Notes: generated by a model not told the origin, from the sequence alone. Positions 49,306 to 59,446 are shown, counted from the stretch's first letter. The stretch is 61,377 nucleotides of DNA from Nitrospirae bacterium MYbin3 (GCA_002753335.1 PEAD01000018.1:1-61377); one strand, 5' to 3'. A program made the numbers and translations.

Positions 49306-49761
49306 CTAAGATTCAATCAGATATTTAATAGCGCCCAATATAGCCTTGCATTTAAGGTCAACTTCACTTCCTATTGACTCTATTTTATGGCCCTGCTTTT
49401 TTTGTAATAGGAGTTGTTCAGTAAAAATCCTCATCAATTGCATATTTACCCTAGCTGCCATTTCGGTTTTGATTACGCTTGAAAGCATGGCAACTCCCTT
49501 TGCAGTAAAAACAAATGATGGCCGGTTCTTACCGTTTAAGCCTGAAATGGAACCTTGAGATTTTAATAATTGGAACTCTTCTTTGTTTAATTGAAACATA
49601 AAATCTTCTGGCAACCGCTCAATATTCCTTCTTATTGCTTGATCAAATACAGAAACTCTTACCTGATATAATGCAGCCAGATCCGTATCAATAATTACCC
49701 TGTGTCCCCTGATTCTCAGGACTTTCTTTCTTATGGTATTAATCAGATTATTGTTTGGCAT
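49306..49761 (-). CDS. ORF6N domain DNA-binding protein
   Basis: IRGHRVIIDTDLAALY, RRNIERLPEDFMFQL, FTAKGVAMLSSV. Confidence 0.88.
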   Translation of the reverse strand: MPNNNLINTIRKKVLRIRGHRVIIDTDLAALYQVRVSVFDQAIRRNIERLPEDFMFQLNKEEFQLLKSQGSISGLNGKNRPSFVFTAKGVAMLSSVIKTEMAARVNMQLMRIFTEQLLLQKKQGHKIESIGSEVDLKCKAILGAIKYLIES

Positions 49762-50065
49762 ATTATTGGTGTTAAATACAAAATATTATATTAACATAAA
49801 TTTTCTTTATGTCAAAACCAGCGATTTGTATGTCAAAAATCCTTAAATTTTATTTATTCCGAGTAGAAGAGTACATGAAGCATAGCGGCTCTTCTTCTAT
49901 AAATATTGATTTTGAGGTGCTCTATAATTTTGCTGACTTCCGATATATTGCTCTAATCTTTAGCTGCAGGACATTCCTAATCACCCCTTGATTTGTGTCT
50001 GATTATTGGTTAATAATATCAACTAAAATTTTGAATAAACTATTAAATATCTGACTGGGAGGGGT

Positions 50066-51073
50066 ATGAAAAACCATTACCTGAACGTGTTACACAAGTT
50101 AACAATTTTTTATGTATTTATTATTTGTCTTCTATTGATCCAAAGTAACCACGCTTTTGCAAACCCTACCCAGTTTTGGTGCGACGATGCAAATGGTAAT
50201 TTATATTTTTCGAACGCTCCTTGTAGTATTTCGTCTGCCAATCCAGGTGACAAGATGACAGGCCCTCAGTCTAATACGCATAAGATGCAAACAGATACAG
50301 AAATTAAAACTCCCAAAGCAGCCACCCCACAAGCTGGAAGCATTGATATTGGTGCAAACTCATACATGAACACAAAAAGAAAAAGCTTTGCTGTGCCCAT
50401 AAACTACAGCATAACAGGGCAGACAAGTGTTGGCGTAAATTTGCCATACACTCGCGCAACCTATCAAACACCTAACTCTGCCCCTGTAACTTACAGGAAA
50501 AGCGATGGCGTAGGTGACGCAAGCCTCAATTTTAAACACACATTCGGCAAAGAAGAGAGTGTTCTTGTATCAACTACTTTTGCTGTTCAGGCTCCAACCG
50601 GTGATAGAAACAAGTCACTCGGATTAGGTGTTTGGGAACCATCTCTAACAACCAAAATAATTAAGCGTTTCGGGTTGATGCGGACAACCGCCATGGCTGG
50701 TTACGCATATAGAGTTGGACGAGCCAAATTTGATGAAAAACCGCTGAACTTGGGTACAACAAGAAGTGTTTACATCAAATACGGTGGCACCTTTTCATGG
50801 ATGATTGCTTCAGACTTCAATCTCATTCAAGAAAAACTATGGGCTGGGTTAAAACTCACCGGCACTGTTACTCAGCAGACAAAAGCTAATGATGAAGGGT
50901 TGCAAGACAGGCTGAGAACCGTAGACCTCGTTCCTGAACTTAAATATTTTGTAACTCCCAAATTGGCTTTATACACCGGTGTAGACATTCCTTTGTCTTC
51001 GGAATATAAGTTGCCTTATCAGACAAAAAAGCGTGGCTTAACATTTAATGCAGGAGTTACAAGTCTTTTCTAA
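50066..51073 (+). CDS. Outer-membrane beta-barrel, MetA-pathway/'transporter'-like
   Basis: Signal peptide; GVGD, APTG...LGLG motifs; C-terminal Phe; N-terminal CDDANGNLYFSNAPC (DUF4124-like). Confidence 0.65.
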   Translation: MKNHYLNVLHKLTIFYVFIICLLLIQSNHAFANPTQFWCDDANGNLYFSNAPCSISSANPGDKMTGPQSNTHKMQTDTEIKTPKAATPQAGSIDIGANSYMNTKRKSFAVPINYSITGQTSVGVNLPYTRATYQTPNSAPVTYRKSDGVGDASLNFKHTFGKEESVLVSTTFAVQAPTGDRNKSLGLGVWEPSLTTKIIKRFGLMRTTAMAGYAYRVGRAKFDEKPLNLGTTRSVYIKYGGTFSWMIASDFNLIQEKLWAGLKLTGTVTQQTKANDEGLQDRLRTVDLVPELKYFVTPKLALYTGVDIPLSSEYKLPYQTKKRGLTFNAGVTSLF

Positions 51074-51102
51074 ATCTTATTGCAGCGTTTAAAAGCATAC
51101 AC

Positions 51103-52116
51103 ATGAGAAAAATAATAATTGTATTTATTAGCCTTTTGCTGCTGTCCTGCCAGAGTTCTGGAGCAAAAGTCGATCATTCTGGTTTTTATCTTGAAAAGAG
51201 CGAAACTTTTTCTATTCCTGATGCATGCAAACATTTTTATTCTGCAGATCATATCCCAAGAGTAGGCATAGTTGAGTTTTTGAATAATATTCAGGACCGT
51301 GCCATTATTCCTGAAGGCTGGATGTCATGGTGGGGAGATGTATCAGTAAAACTTACTGAGTCTGTAGCTGATGGCGTGACTGGAGAAGTCGTAAATATAG
51401 GCGGCGTTCGTATTTATACGCGAACCGATTTACAAAAAGTAATGCAAGAGCAAAAGTTTCAGATGTCAGGGCTTGCTGATTCATCAACTCTGGTTAGCTT
51501 AGGAAAGTTGGCAGGACTTCAATACATAATAACCGGCTCAATCAATAATATTACAGTATACACCGGTGCTATGACAGGCTTACTTTTAGGGGCGGCCCCA
51601 CAGGTTGAAGTAGAGCTTGCTGTCAGAATGATTGATGTTACAACTGGTGAGATAATTATCTCTACTGTTTTAAAAGGTAAGCATGTGGTTGAGGCACCAA
51701 ATGCTGTCGGAGTAAATTCTGCTATTAAAAATGCAGCTTCCAAAGCGATCATAGATTTGAGGCCAGAGTTTTCTAAAAGGTTTGCAGTCGGCGGCTATAT
51801 TATGCAGACCAAAATATCTCAATCAGGAGCAGGGAAACTTGCGTTAATATCTGCAGGATACAAACATAGATTAGCGGGAGGGGCAAAACTATTAATGTAT
51901 TATTGCTCTGAACAGAAAGATTTTGTTACGAGCAAAGTATCATGCTTGAAATCTAAAATTCAGGTAGAGGCAGTTGTCACAGACGAGATTTATGATGACA
52001 AGGCATGGGTTCACATAAGTGGCAACAATAATGAACTACAGAAAATAGTTGCCGGAACGATATTCGAAAGAGTACCTATGGAAGGGCAGAATATCATTCA
52101 GAGATTTGGGTTTTAG
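51103..52116 (+). CDS. CsgG/HfaB-family lipoprotein
   Basis: Lipobox LLSC; RTDLQKVMQEQKFQMSGL, GKLAGLQYIITGSI, VRMIDVTTGEI. Confidence 0.8.
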   Translation: MRKIIIVFISLLLLSCQSSGAKVDHSGFYLEKSETFSIPDACKHFYSADHIPRVGIVEFLNNIQDRAIIPEGWMSWWGDVSVKLTESVADGVTGEVVNIGGVRIYTRTDLQKVMQEQKFQMSGLADSSTLVSLGKLAGLQYIITGSINNITVYTGAMTGLLLGAAPQVEVELAVRMIDVTTGEIIISTVLKGKHVVEAPNAVGVNSAIKNAASKAIIDLRPEFSKRFAVGGYIMQTKISQSGAGKLALISAGYKHRLAGGAKLLMYYCSEQKDFVTSKVSCLKSKIQVEAVVTDEIYDDKAWVHISGNNNELQKIVAGTIFERVPMEGQNIIQRFGF

Positions 52117-52423
52117 CAAGCACCTCAAACATTAATTATCATTTGAAATTTTGATTGTTTTCATTAAAAACTTGCGCTCAATTACAGGAAGCTATCCATA
52201 AGAATATAATACTCTTTACAGATGTCTTTTAAAAAAGGTGTTACAAGGCGAAACTTATCAGACATACTAGAGGATACCATCGGTTCTCAGCCCGCAACAC
52301 TACTTCCTGCTTTCTGAAAGCGAGCGTGTAGCTCTTGTTTCAAAACATAGAAAGTACAAACGGAAATAAACACAATTTCTAATTTGCCTTGACGCGAGCG
52401 CCTATACACTAAAAGTTTTCTAC

Positions 52424-52453
52424 TTGCATAATATATAAAAACTTATATATTAT
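52424..52453 (+). promoter_or_regulatory. TA promoter with 11-bp inverted-repeat operator
   Basis: ATAATATATAA-aaac-TTATATATTAT overlapping TTGCAT / TATTAT. Confidence 0.65.
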
Positions 52454-52464
52454 AGATAAAAATT

Positions 52465-52779
52465 ATGAAACCTATAAACTTTATAGGCTCAAGCTTGGAC
52501 GATCTCCGGAACTTCCCTGATGATGCTCGCAAAGCAGCAGGCTTCCAATTACATTCCGTTCAAGCCGGACTTGAGCCGAACGATTGGAAACCAATGCCCA
52601 GTATAGGTCGTGGGGTCAAAGAAATCCGTATTCACGTTCTGGGAGAATGGCGCATTATTTATGTGGCGAAGTTCAAAGATGCGGTATATGTGCTCCATTC
52701 TTTTCAGAAAAAGAGTCAAAAAACGAATCAACAAGATCTTGAATTAGCTCGAAAGCGATTCAAGCAAATTGGAGGGTAG
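52465..52779 (+). CDS. RelE/ParE-superfamily toxin (Gp49/HigB-like)
   Basis: DWKPMPSIGRGVKEIRI, WRIIYVAKF, VYVLHSFQKKSQKT. Confidence 0.9.
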   Translation: MKPINFIGSSLDDLRNFPDDARKAAGFQLHSVQAGLEPNDWKPMPSIGRGVKEIRIHVLGEWRIIYVAKFKDAVYVLHSFQKKSQKTNQQDLELARKRFKQIGG

Positions 52780-52783
52780 CATT

Positions 52784-53068
52784 ATGAAAGAACCTATTAT
52801 AAAATCTTCCGGCAACGTATTTCTTGATCTCGGGTTTTCCCCTGAGGATGCCGCAATTCTTCAGATGCGTTCTGAGATTATGGCTGATCTTAGAAAGTTC
52901 ATCAAGAACAAGAAGCTAACACAATTAAAAGCGGCTGAGATTCTTGGCGTCAGTCAGTCCCGTGTTTCTGATCTCATAAGGGGCAAATGGGAGAAATTCA
53001 GCTTGGAAATGCTTATCACTCTTGCAACAAAGGCAGGCATGCGTATCAGTCTAAAAAGGGCGGCATAG
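52784..53068 (+). CDS. XRE/HigA-like HTH antitoxin
   Basis: SSGNVFLDLGF, LTQLKAAEILGVSQSRVSDL...KFSLE. Confidence 0.9.
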   Translation: MKEPIIKSSGNVFLDLGFSPEDAAILQMRSEIMADLRKFIKNKKLTQLKAAEILGVSQSRVSDLIRGKWEKFSLEMLITLATKAGMRISLKRAA

Positions 53069-53073
53069 ACAGG

Positions 53074-53131
53074 AATTAACAAAAAAGCGTTCGCACCTAA
53101 CGCTTCGCGGCATGTGAACTCGGCGTTATCT
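53074..53131 (+). other. attC-like integron cassette recombination site
   Basis: AATTAAC...GTTCGCA...GCTTCGC...TGTGAAC-TCGGC-GTTATCT: R'' AAC, L''/L' pairing, R' GTT, starting just after the antitoxin stop. Confidence 0.6.
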
Positions 53132-53541
53132 CACTTCCCTTCGGTAATTCTTACTTTTAGCTGTCTTGCTTTTTTTTTGCGAATTTGTAGACGCATCTGT
53201 GTTTCAAGAGCTGCCGTCAAACTTAGACCGCATCGTGCATTTTTCGGGTCGAAAATTCACACCTTGCAGGCGCTGATCTATTTCTTCACAATTACCAGTT
53301 GAAGTCTTTATAGCCTGAAAAAATAAAAGCCGCCCGTTAAAAAATTCTTCTTATTCGGAAGATCAGATTTGGGATACCAATTATTTTTAGAAATTTATAA
53401 AATCGGAAATTGGCTCCAGTTAAGGACTTGCAGGTGAAATGCGTCTAATTAACTAGCTCACTTTATACGCTTTCAATCTCCTATAAAATAAGATTGATGT
53501 GTTTTCATCTGACCTGCATCTTCTATATATCGGATGATTTC

Positions 53542-54108
53542 TTAAGATCTCTTTCCGATCGAAAATGCATCTCCAATATAGGCTCCAACTTTATGATAGC
53601 TCCTCATCTCAGGGCTGAAAAGAATAGGTCTAACTTTTTCTATATCCGGAAGACCTTTAGTTCCAAGTACTGTTTCATCCGCCTTCACTTCCATAATTTC
53701 ACCGATAAACTGAGTATGTAATCCGATTTCCACTGTATGAAGCAATTTACACTCAACTATTAGAGGGAATTCCTTTATGTATGGCGCATCAATCTTGTCA
53801 CTCTTTACCGGCGTTAGTCCTGTGACAGAAAATTTATCTACATTCCGTCCAGAGACCAATCCAAAATAATCAGCTTCATTTGCATATTCATCTGATGGGA
53901 CATTTATAGTGAATGCCTTTTTCTCCACAATATTGCCATACGTATAAGTCGCTTTCCTTAGTGAGATTGAAATACAGGGTGGTTGTGAACAGCAAATTCC
54001 GCCCCATGCGATAGTCATAACGTTTGGTTTTCCATCATTGCCATAAGTCCCGACTACCCATACAGGGGTGGGATAAATTAATGTTTTAGGACCAAATGAT
54101 TTTTTCAT
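53542..54108 (-). CDS. Flavin reductase-like protein (flavoredoxin family)
   Basis: [43 protein letters not shown]; start 54108 after GGAGAG. Confidence 0.9.
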   Translation of the reverse strand: MKKSFGPKTLIYPTPVWVVGTYGNDGKPNVMTIAWGGICCSQPPCISISLRKATYTYGNIVEKKAFTINVPSDEYANEADYFGLVSGRNVDKFSVTGLTPVKSDKIDAPYIKEFPLIVECKLLHTVEIGLHTQFIGEIMEVKADETVLGTKGLPDIEKVRPILFSPEMRSYHKVGAYIGDAFSIGKRS

Positions 54109-54237
54109 TGTATTCTCTCCTGGATTTGATTTCGCTTCGCACATTATATCAGATTCCCCAAGGTGAGCAGTTTCTTGACACATTTATAAAAATATTATAG
54201 CTCTCCAACTGCAGTACGCTATGATATAATTTTTATC

Positions 54238-54501
54238 ATGAATCAGATGCTATTTATGAAATGTGGTCTTCTACTTTTATTGCTAGTAATGGCTTCGCTT
54301 GCTTTCGGTGCAGAAAACTGCTCCATGTTCGATGGAAAATGCAAGGACTATTGCGCCGAAAATGAATTGCCAGAACAAGGCGCTTTTCTCGATTGCACGG
54401 AGAAACAGGAGTGCTGTGTCCCTAAGAAGGAGACGAAAAAAAATGTTGAATCTTCCATCACAATGCCTGCAGAAAAAGAAACTATTCTAAAGAGAAAATA
54501 G
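54238..54501 (+). CDS. Small secreted six-cysteine protein with beta-defensin-like spacing
   Basis: Signal peptide (AFG-A); C-x6-C-x3-C-x13-C-x5-CC. Confidence 0.7.
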   Translation: MNQMLFMKCGLLLLLLVMASLAFGAENCSMFDGKCKDYCAENELPEQGAFLDCTEKQECCVPKKETKKNVESSITMPAEKETILKRK

Positions 54502-54537
54502 AACAGACTAGTTCAACCCCCAGTTATAGATTAGCAA

Positions 54538-55457
54538 GCAGACCCTGGCAAGTGTACTAACCCTCACCAAAGGAGGTGTACCATGCTTATCAATGAAGCA
54601 ATAGAACTTTTCAGTCAGCATCAAAGAGGAACCGCAAAAAAGAATACGCTTAAAAGCTACCAGAGATTTCTTGGACAGCTGAAGTTAAGGTTTCCGGATA
54701 AACATCTGGATTCTCTTTCTTCTGAAGAGATTGGGAGATTTCTTGAAGACTGCACTGAAGGCCTGAGCAAATCCACTCGACATCTTCGATACGCTCAGTT
54801 AAAAGCCTTTTACAATTATTGCATCGAGGTGTGCAGCCTTGATATTAAGAACCCTTGCAGTGCCACGGCTTTATCCAAGACATTCAGGATCATGCCGCAC
54901 CGTCCGAGAAAGTTTCTGGACAAAGAGACAGTGGATGAGATCATCTTTAACTCCGCCAGCCTTAGGGACAGGCTTATTCTGGAACTGCAGGCTCGCTGTG
55001 GCTTACGAATCGGAGAAGTTCTTAACCTTCATGTTTCAGACATCTCAGGCAGGAAGCTAATACTGCAAGAACCAAAGTCTGGCAAAGATGCTGAGGTAGC
55101 ATTTATGCCGGAGCATATTGCGGTCAGGCTTACAGAGTATGTGGTAGGACTGAAACTATCTCCTGATGACAGGATATTCCCTGTATGCTATAGCACAGTG
55201 CGGAATATGGTTTGCGGACTCGGCAGAAAGATGAATGTAAAAATAGCGCCGCACGACCTGAGAAGACATTCCGCAACTTACGCAAGCAGAAATGGAGTGC
55301 CATTGGAGATAATCTCAAAAGTTATTCTCAGGCATCAAGATTTGAAGACAACCCAGATTTATCTTGGAAAGATCAGTGATACTGAAGCCATCAGGTGGAT
55401 GGATATCCTTCACGGAAAGTAGGCATTAGAGATAATATCTGATCTGCCAGGGTCTGC
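54538..55457. mobile_element. 920-bp unit: solo tyrosine recombinase bounded by 13-bp inverted repeats
   Basis: GCAGACCCTGGCA (54538-54550) and TGCCAGGGTCTGC (55445-55457). Confidence 0.6.
54583..55422 (+). CDS. Tyrosine recombinase/integrase
   Basis: GLRIGE, PKSG, HDLRR, LRH, TTQIY catalytic residues; AAGGAGG RBS. Confidence 0.93.
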   Translation: MLINEAIELFSQHQRGTAKKNTLKSYQRFLGQLKLRFPDKHLDSLSSEEIGRFLEDCTEGLSKSTRHLRYAQLKAFYNYCIEVCSLDIKNPCSATALSKTFRIMPHRPRKFLDKETVDEIIFNSASLRDRLILELQARCGLRIGEVLNLHVSDISGRKLILQEPKSGKDAEVAFMPEHIAVRLTEYVVGLKLSPDDRIFPVCYSTVRNMVCGLGRKMNVKIAPHDLRRHSATYASRNGVPLEIISKVILRHQDLKTTQIYLGKISDTEAIRWMDILHGK

Positions 55458-55705
55458 ATTTTACTTATCGAAGCGTAGCATCATTGTTATAGTGCTTATT
55501 GGCAACAAACATAGATTTGCTGCCAATATGACATAAAACAATCACCATTTCAGCTTTGTCCGGAAAATAGTCTTGAACCAGTACTCCTGCCAAAACACGA
55601 GTCAATCAGTTAAGTGCACAACCGCCATTTTCTGTTCCGGCAATTCTTAAGCGCCAAAGACGATATTATTAATACAAATTACCTAACAATGTAGTATAAT
55701 AAACC

Positions 55706-56089
55706 ATGAGCATAGCTATAAAAGAAATTGGCAAAGGTAAATATGCTTACCTTGTCACGAGAGAGGGACAAAGAGTGGTTCATAAATATCTTGGGCCAAT
55801 TGACAGTCCAAAGGTGTTCAAATTTATGAGGGAGAGTCAGGAGACAAAAAAAGTTCCGGAACACTTTCGCAGTTTGTTTTGGGATACCAGTCTTGCTAAT
55901 ATAAACATCAAAAAGAACGCTAGATACATTATAGAAAGAGTTTTGGAGTTGGGAGACATGGAAGCCCTTAATTGGATGCAGAAAGTATACACTGTTCAGG
56001 CAATACTTGAGGTGCTGACTGTGAGCAGGGTAATAAGCGAAAAATCCAAGAATTTCTGGGAGATATGGTTTGAAAACAACGCTATATAA
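55706..56089 (+). CDS. DUF6922-like protein, probable antitoxin of the AbiEii pair
   Basis: LFWDT...YIIERVLELGD...W motif; N-terminal KYAYLV...HKYLG beta domain. Confidence 0.75.
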   Translation: MSIAIKEIGKGKYAYLVTREGQRVVHKYLGPIDSPKVFKFMRESQETKKVPEHFRSLFWDTSLANINIKKNARYIIERVLELGDMEALNWMQKVYTVQAILEVLTVSRVISEKSKNFWEIWFENNAI

Positions 56090-56732
56090 AGAATGTCTGC
56101 CTGAGAATGGGTGGAAAATATTTGATGCTCTAAAAGACCTCATTATAAAGCATCAAGGTGTCTTGGCAGGTGGGACAGCACTTGCACTTCAAATCGGGCA
56201 CAGAATATCTGTTGATCTGGATTTTTTCACCACTAAGGGATTTTCTACTGATTCTCTTATTTCTGAAATCAAAAAAACCGATTTGGATTTTAAGGTGCTT
56301 TCAGAGGGCGAAAATTCTTTAGTTGCAGCTGTTGAAGGGGTGAAGTTCTCGCTTTTTCAGTATGACTATCCGTTTGTCACTCCCCTGAAGCATAAAAATG
56401 TTTTAATCGCTAGTGTTTTTGATATAGCTGCTATGAAGCTTATCGCTGTTAGTCAAAGAGGAACAAAGAGAGACTTTGTTGACCTGTATTTTATTCTTCA
56501 AACAACGCCTTTTTATAAAATAGCTAATCATATGGTCAAGCGATTCGGCAAAGAAAGGGTTAACCCTATTCATATAGGGAAAGCGCTAATGTATTTCTCG
56601 GATGCTGATTACAACCCAGACCCTGTATATATGGGAAACAAATTAAAATGGGAAGCGATTAAAAAATTCTTTAAACAATACTGTAAGCAGTTTGTTTTGG
56701 ACATGAATACTGCGCTGAAAACATTGTCATGA
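56070..56732 (+). CDS. AbiEii-family nucleotidyltransferase toxin
   Basis: LAGGTALALQIGHRISVDLDFF, DIAAMKL, RGTKRDFVDLY. Confidence 0.9.
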   Translation: MKTTLYKECLPENGWKIFDALKDLIIKHQGVLAGGTALALQIGHRISVDLDFFTTKGFSTDSLISEIKKTDLDFKVLSEGENSLVAAVEGVKFSLFQYDYPFVTPLKHKNVLIASVFDIAAMKLIAVSQRGTKRDFVDLYFILQTTPFYKIANHMVKRFGKERVNPIHIGKALMYFSDADYNPDPVYMGNKLKWEAIKKFFKQYCKQFVLDMNTALKTLS

Positions 56733-56938
56733 CCATATCGGAGACAATCAAACACTTCGAAGATTATCTCGTCAGCATAAAGGGCCGTTCTCTCGGAACC
56801 GTCAAGACCTATCTTGCAGCATTAAACAGATTCATAGCAGTAAGCGGTGACAAAAATATATTTGACCTTAAAGACGATGACTTTACCGCCTATAAGTCCG
56901 CAAAGGTAAAAGCCGGAAGTTCGCAGGCTTACATTGCC
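56729..56938 (+). pseudogene. N-terminal (SAM-like) fragment of a tyrosine integrase, cut by IS21
   Basis: FEDYLVSIKGRSLGTVKTYLAALNRF; the frame runs into the IS end at 56939. Confidence 0.78.
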
Positions 56939-57117
56939 TGTTACGTCCCAGCAAAGCGATACCGATTTTAAGGGTGTAAATCCCACCTAACCGGTACCGG
57001 TTATAAGGTACCCAATCCCACTCAAACGAGACCGATTTTCAAGGGGCTAATCCCAGTCAAACGAGACCACCTGTAGAAGCTGTTATGATGTCCTTCTTTT
57101 ATTTTCAATAGGAGGGC

Positions 57118-58695
57118 ATGGTGACAGGGAAAAACAGGAGGCGGTTAATGGAAAGAAAGATAGTTGAACAGCTGATATCCGGCAAAGGCTTCAATGCCAT
57201 TTGCCGGGATTTAGCGGTAGGGCGTAATCGCGTGGCGCACATTCGAGAGAGGGCAAGGGACTACGGATATCTTGACGGAAGCATAACGATACCGCCTTAT
57301 CCGGAGGCGTTATTTCCGGATCCGGTTGACAGCAGAGCGATAAAAACTTCGGAGGCGGATTTACAGATGCAAGCACACAGGCAGTGGATAGAAGAACGAC
57401 TGCTGGCCGGCTGGCAACCCGTAACTATTTACGAAGAGTTGCCGGTAAAGACAGGGCGATCAAGTTTTTATCGGTTTCTGCACCGCTACAACATAAACAA
57501 TCTGGGAGAGAAAGCTCGCCGGACAATTATAGAAGAAATAGTTTATGCGCCGGGGGATGCACTTATAATTGACTGGGGAAAACTCCGCAATGTCCTAGAC
57601 CCTGAAACCGGAAAGAACCGTACACTATGGATGTTTATCGGACTGATGGGACACTCCCGATATATGATGGTGCATCTTGTGTGGTCGTATGATGTGCCTA
57701 CCACGCTTGCCACCTTGGAGGAAATGTTCAAAGAACTGGGCGGCGTGCCAAAGAGGATAATATCTGACAATCCGAAATGTTTTTCCCTTGAAGCGTCCAA
57801 ATACGAACCTCTGCTGAATCCTGTCTATGAGAGATTTGCGGCACATTATGGAACTGTAATTGAGTGTCTGCCGCCGGGTTCTCCTGAACTGAAAGGGAAA
57901 GTTGAACGAATGGTTCCGTTTGCTAGGAGATTGTATCAGGCGCATGGCGATGGTTGGTACGGGATAAACGAATCGCAGCTTTACACAAACAGAAAAGTAG
58001 GCATTGCCAACGAGAGGATACATGGCACTACCCGCAGGAGACCGGTGGATGCATTTTCAGAAGACGCGGCGGCATTAAGGCCGCTGCCTGCTTTAGCTTA
58101 TGAAATTGAAGAGTTTCATGAAGGCACAGTAAGGAAAGACTGCCATGTGCGGTTTCGGAGCAAATATTATTCAGTACAAGAAGATTATCGCGATAAGGAT
58201 GTTGCCGTAATCGGCAATTCAAAGCAGATAAGCATATACCATAAGGGCAAACTGATAGAAGTACATGACCGGATAACAGACCCTCATATATCCAAAAGCA
58301 CGAAAGAATGCCACAAAACGCCTTGGCAGCGGTCAATGAGGGAAGGCTCCTTCTACAGAAAGAGGGCTGCAATGTTAGGGCCATATGTTGAAGAGATTAT
58401 TGTCAGGCTTCTTATGCAAGGCAACGGCTTTATAGATACCAGAAAAATCTGGGGAATACTGGCGCTTGATAAGAAATACTCTGCCGGAGACATAAACGAG
58501 GCCTGCCAAAAAGCATTATCCGTAGATGCAATGAGCTATAGGAGCATTCTGACGTTTCTGCAACTAAAAGCAGCAGGCAATCAAGAAGAAAAGAAAGGAG
58601 GATTTCAAACAAGCACAAAGGAAAGTAAATTCATAAGACCAATAAAGGAGTATCAGCAGTTATTAAACCTTGGAGGTAACAGCAATGAACACTGA
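57118..58695 (+). CDS. istA: IS21 transposase IstA
   Basis: IIDWG, GGVPKRIISDNPK, KGKVER DDE motifs. Confidence 0.93.
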   Translation: MVTGKNRRRLMERKIVEQLISGKGFNAICRDLAVGRNRVAHIRERARDYGYLDGSITIPPYPEALFPDPVDSRAIKTSEADLQMQAHRQWIEERLLAGWQPVTIYEELPVKTGRSSFYRFLHRYNINNLGEKARRTIIEEIVYAPGDALIIDWGKLRNVLDPETGKNRTLWMFIGLMGHSRYMMVHLVWSYDVPTTLATLEEMFKELGGVPKRIISDNPKCFSLEASKYEPLLNPVYERFAAHYGTVIECLPPGSPELKGKVERMVPFARRLYQAHGDGWYGINESQLYTNRKVGIANERIHGTTRRRPVDAFSEDAAALRPLPALAYEIEEFHEGTVRKDCHVRFRSKYYSVQEDYRDKDVAVIGNSKQISIYHKGKLIEVHDRITDPHISKSTKECHKTPWQRSMREGSFYRKRAAMLGPYVEEIIVRLLMQGNGFIDTRKIWGILALDKKYSAGDINEACQKALSVDAMSYRSILTFLQLKAAGNQEEKKGGFQTSTKESKFIRPIKEYQQLLNLGGNSNEH

Positions 58696-59446
58696 GACGG
58701 TCCGAAGTCAGTTAAAGACGCTCAAACTTCACACCGCATCATTAGAACTTCAGGATGTGCTTGCACAGCACAAAAAAGCGGTCTCGTTATCATGGATCAG
58801 TGATCTGCTTGAGCGAGAGATTGATTCCCGGAGGGAAAAGGCATTGATGACCCGAATAAAGAAAGCAAACTTTCCTGAGATAACTACCTTGGAAACATTT
58901 GACTGGTCGTTTAATCCGCAGATTGATGAGAACAGGATTCAGCAGTTAGCAACGCTGGAGTTCATTTCAATCAATCAGATATGCCTTTTCCTTGGGCAAC
59001 CCGGAACAGGGAAAACCCACTTAGCGCTGGCCATAGGAGTGCTGGCTGCAAACAGAGGATTCCGTGTTTATTGCAACAGTCTAAAAAGACTGGCCGAGGA
59101 TATACTACGTGCCAAGGCTAAAAACAATCTCGATTCCTTGTTCAAAAAAATACTGTCTGCGCGATTATGGATCTTTGATGACTGGGGAGTAACAACCATG
59201 AGCAGAGAAGTGGCCGAAGAGATTTTCGATCTTTTGGACAGAAGAAAACACAGCTCAGCCATGATACTGACATCAAACAGGGATATAGACGAATGGCCGC
59301 AGGTGTTTCCGGATTCTGTAATTGCCAACGCAACCATTGACCGGATATTCGACCGCGCAGATATATCCGTGTTCAAAGGAACAAGCTATCGACTTAAAGG
59401 CAAAATCGAGGTGAAAAATGTTGACTTAAAAATGCGGAAGAAATAA
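58685..59446 (+). CDS. istB: IS21 helper ATPase IstB
   Basis: GQPGTGKTHLA, IFDDWG, ILTSN, GTSYRL. Confidence 0.95.
   Translation: MNTETVRSQLKTLKLHTASLELQDVLAQHKKAVSLSWISDLLEREIDSRREKALMTRIKKANFPEITTLETFDWSFNPQIDENRIQQLATLEFISINQICLFLGQPGTGKTHLALAIGVLAANRGFRVYCNSLKRLAEDILRAKAKNNLDSLFKKILSARLWIFDDWGVTTMSREVAEEIFDLLDRRKHSSAMILTSNRDIDEWPQVFPDSVIANATIDRIFDRADISVFKGTSYRLKGKIEVKNVDLKMRKK

Noticed and set aside
53114..53541. Short ORFs after the attC-like site
   Set aside because: No RBS or recognisable motifs; not supportable as genes
54583..55422. Recombinase as the integron integrase for the nearby attC-like site
   Set aside because: At 279 aa it shows no IntI-specific insertion, and I could not identify an attI site
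56975..57070. Spaced repeats AATCCCA...GACC resembling a mini CRISPR
   Set aside because: They are the multiple terminal repeats typical of IS21 ends; there are no cas genes or unique spacers
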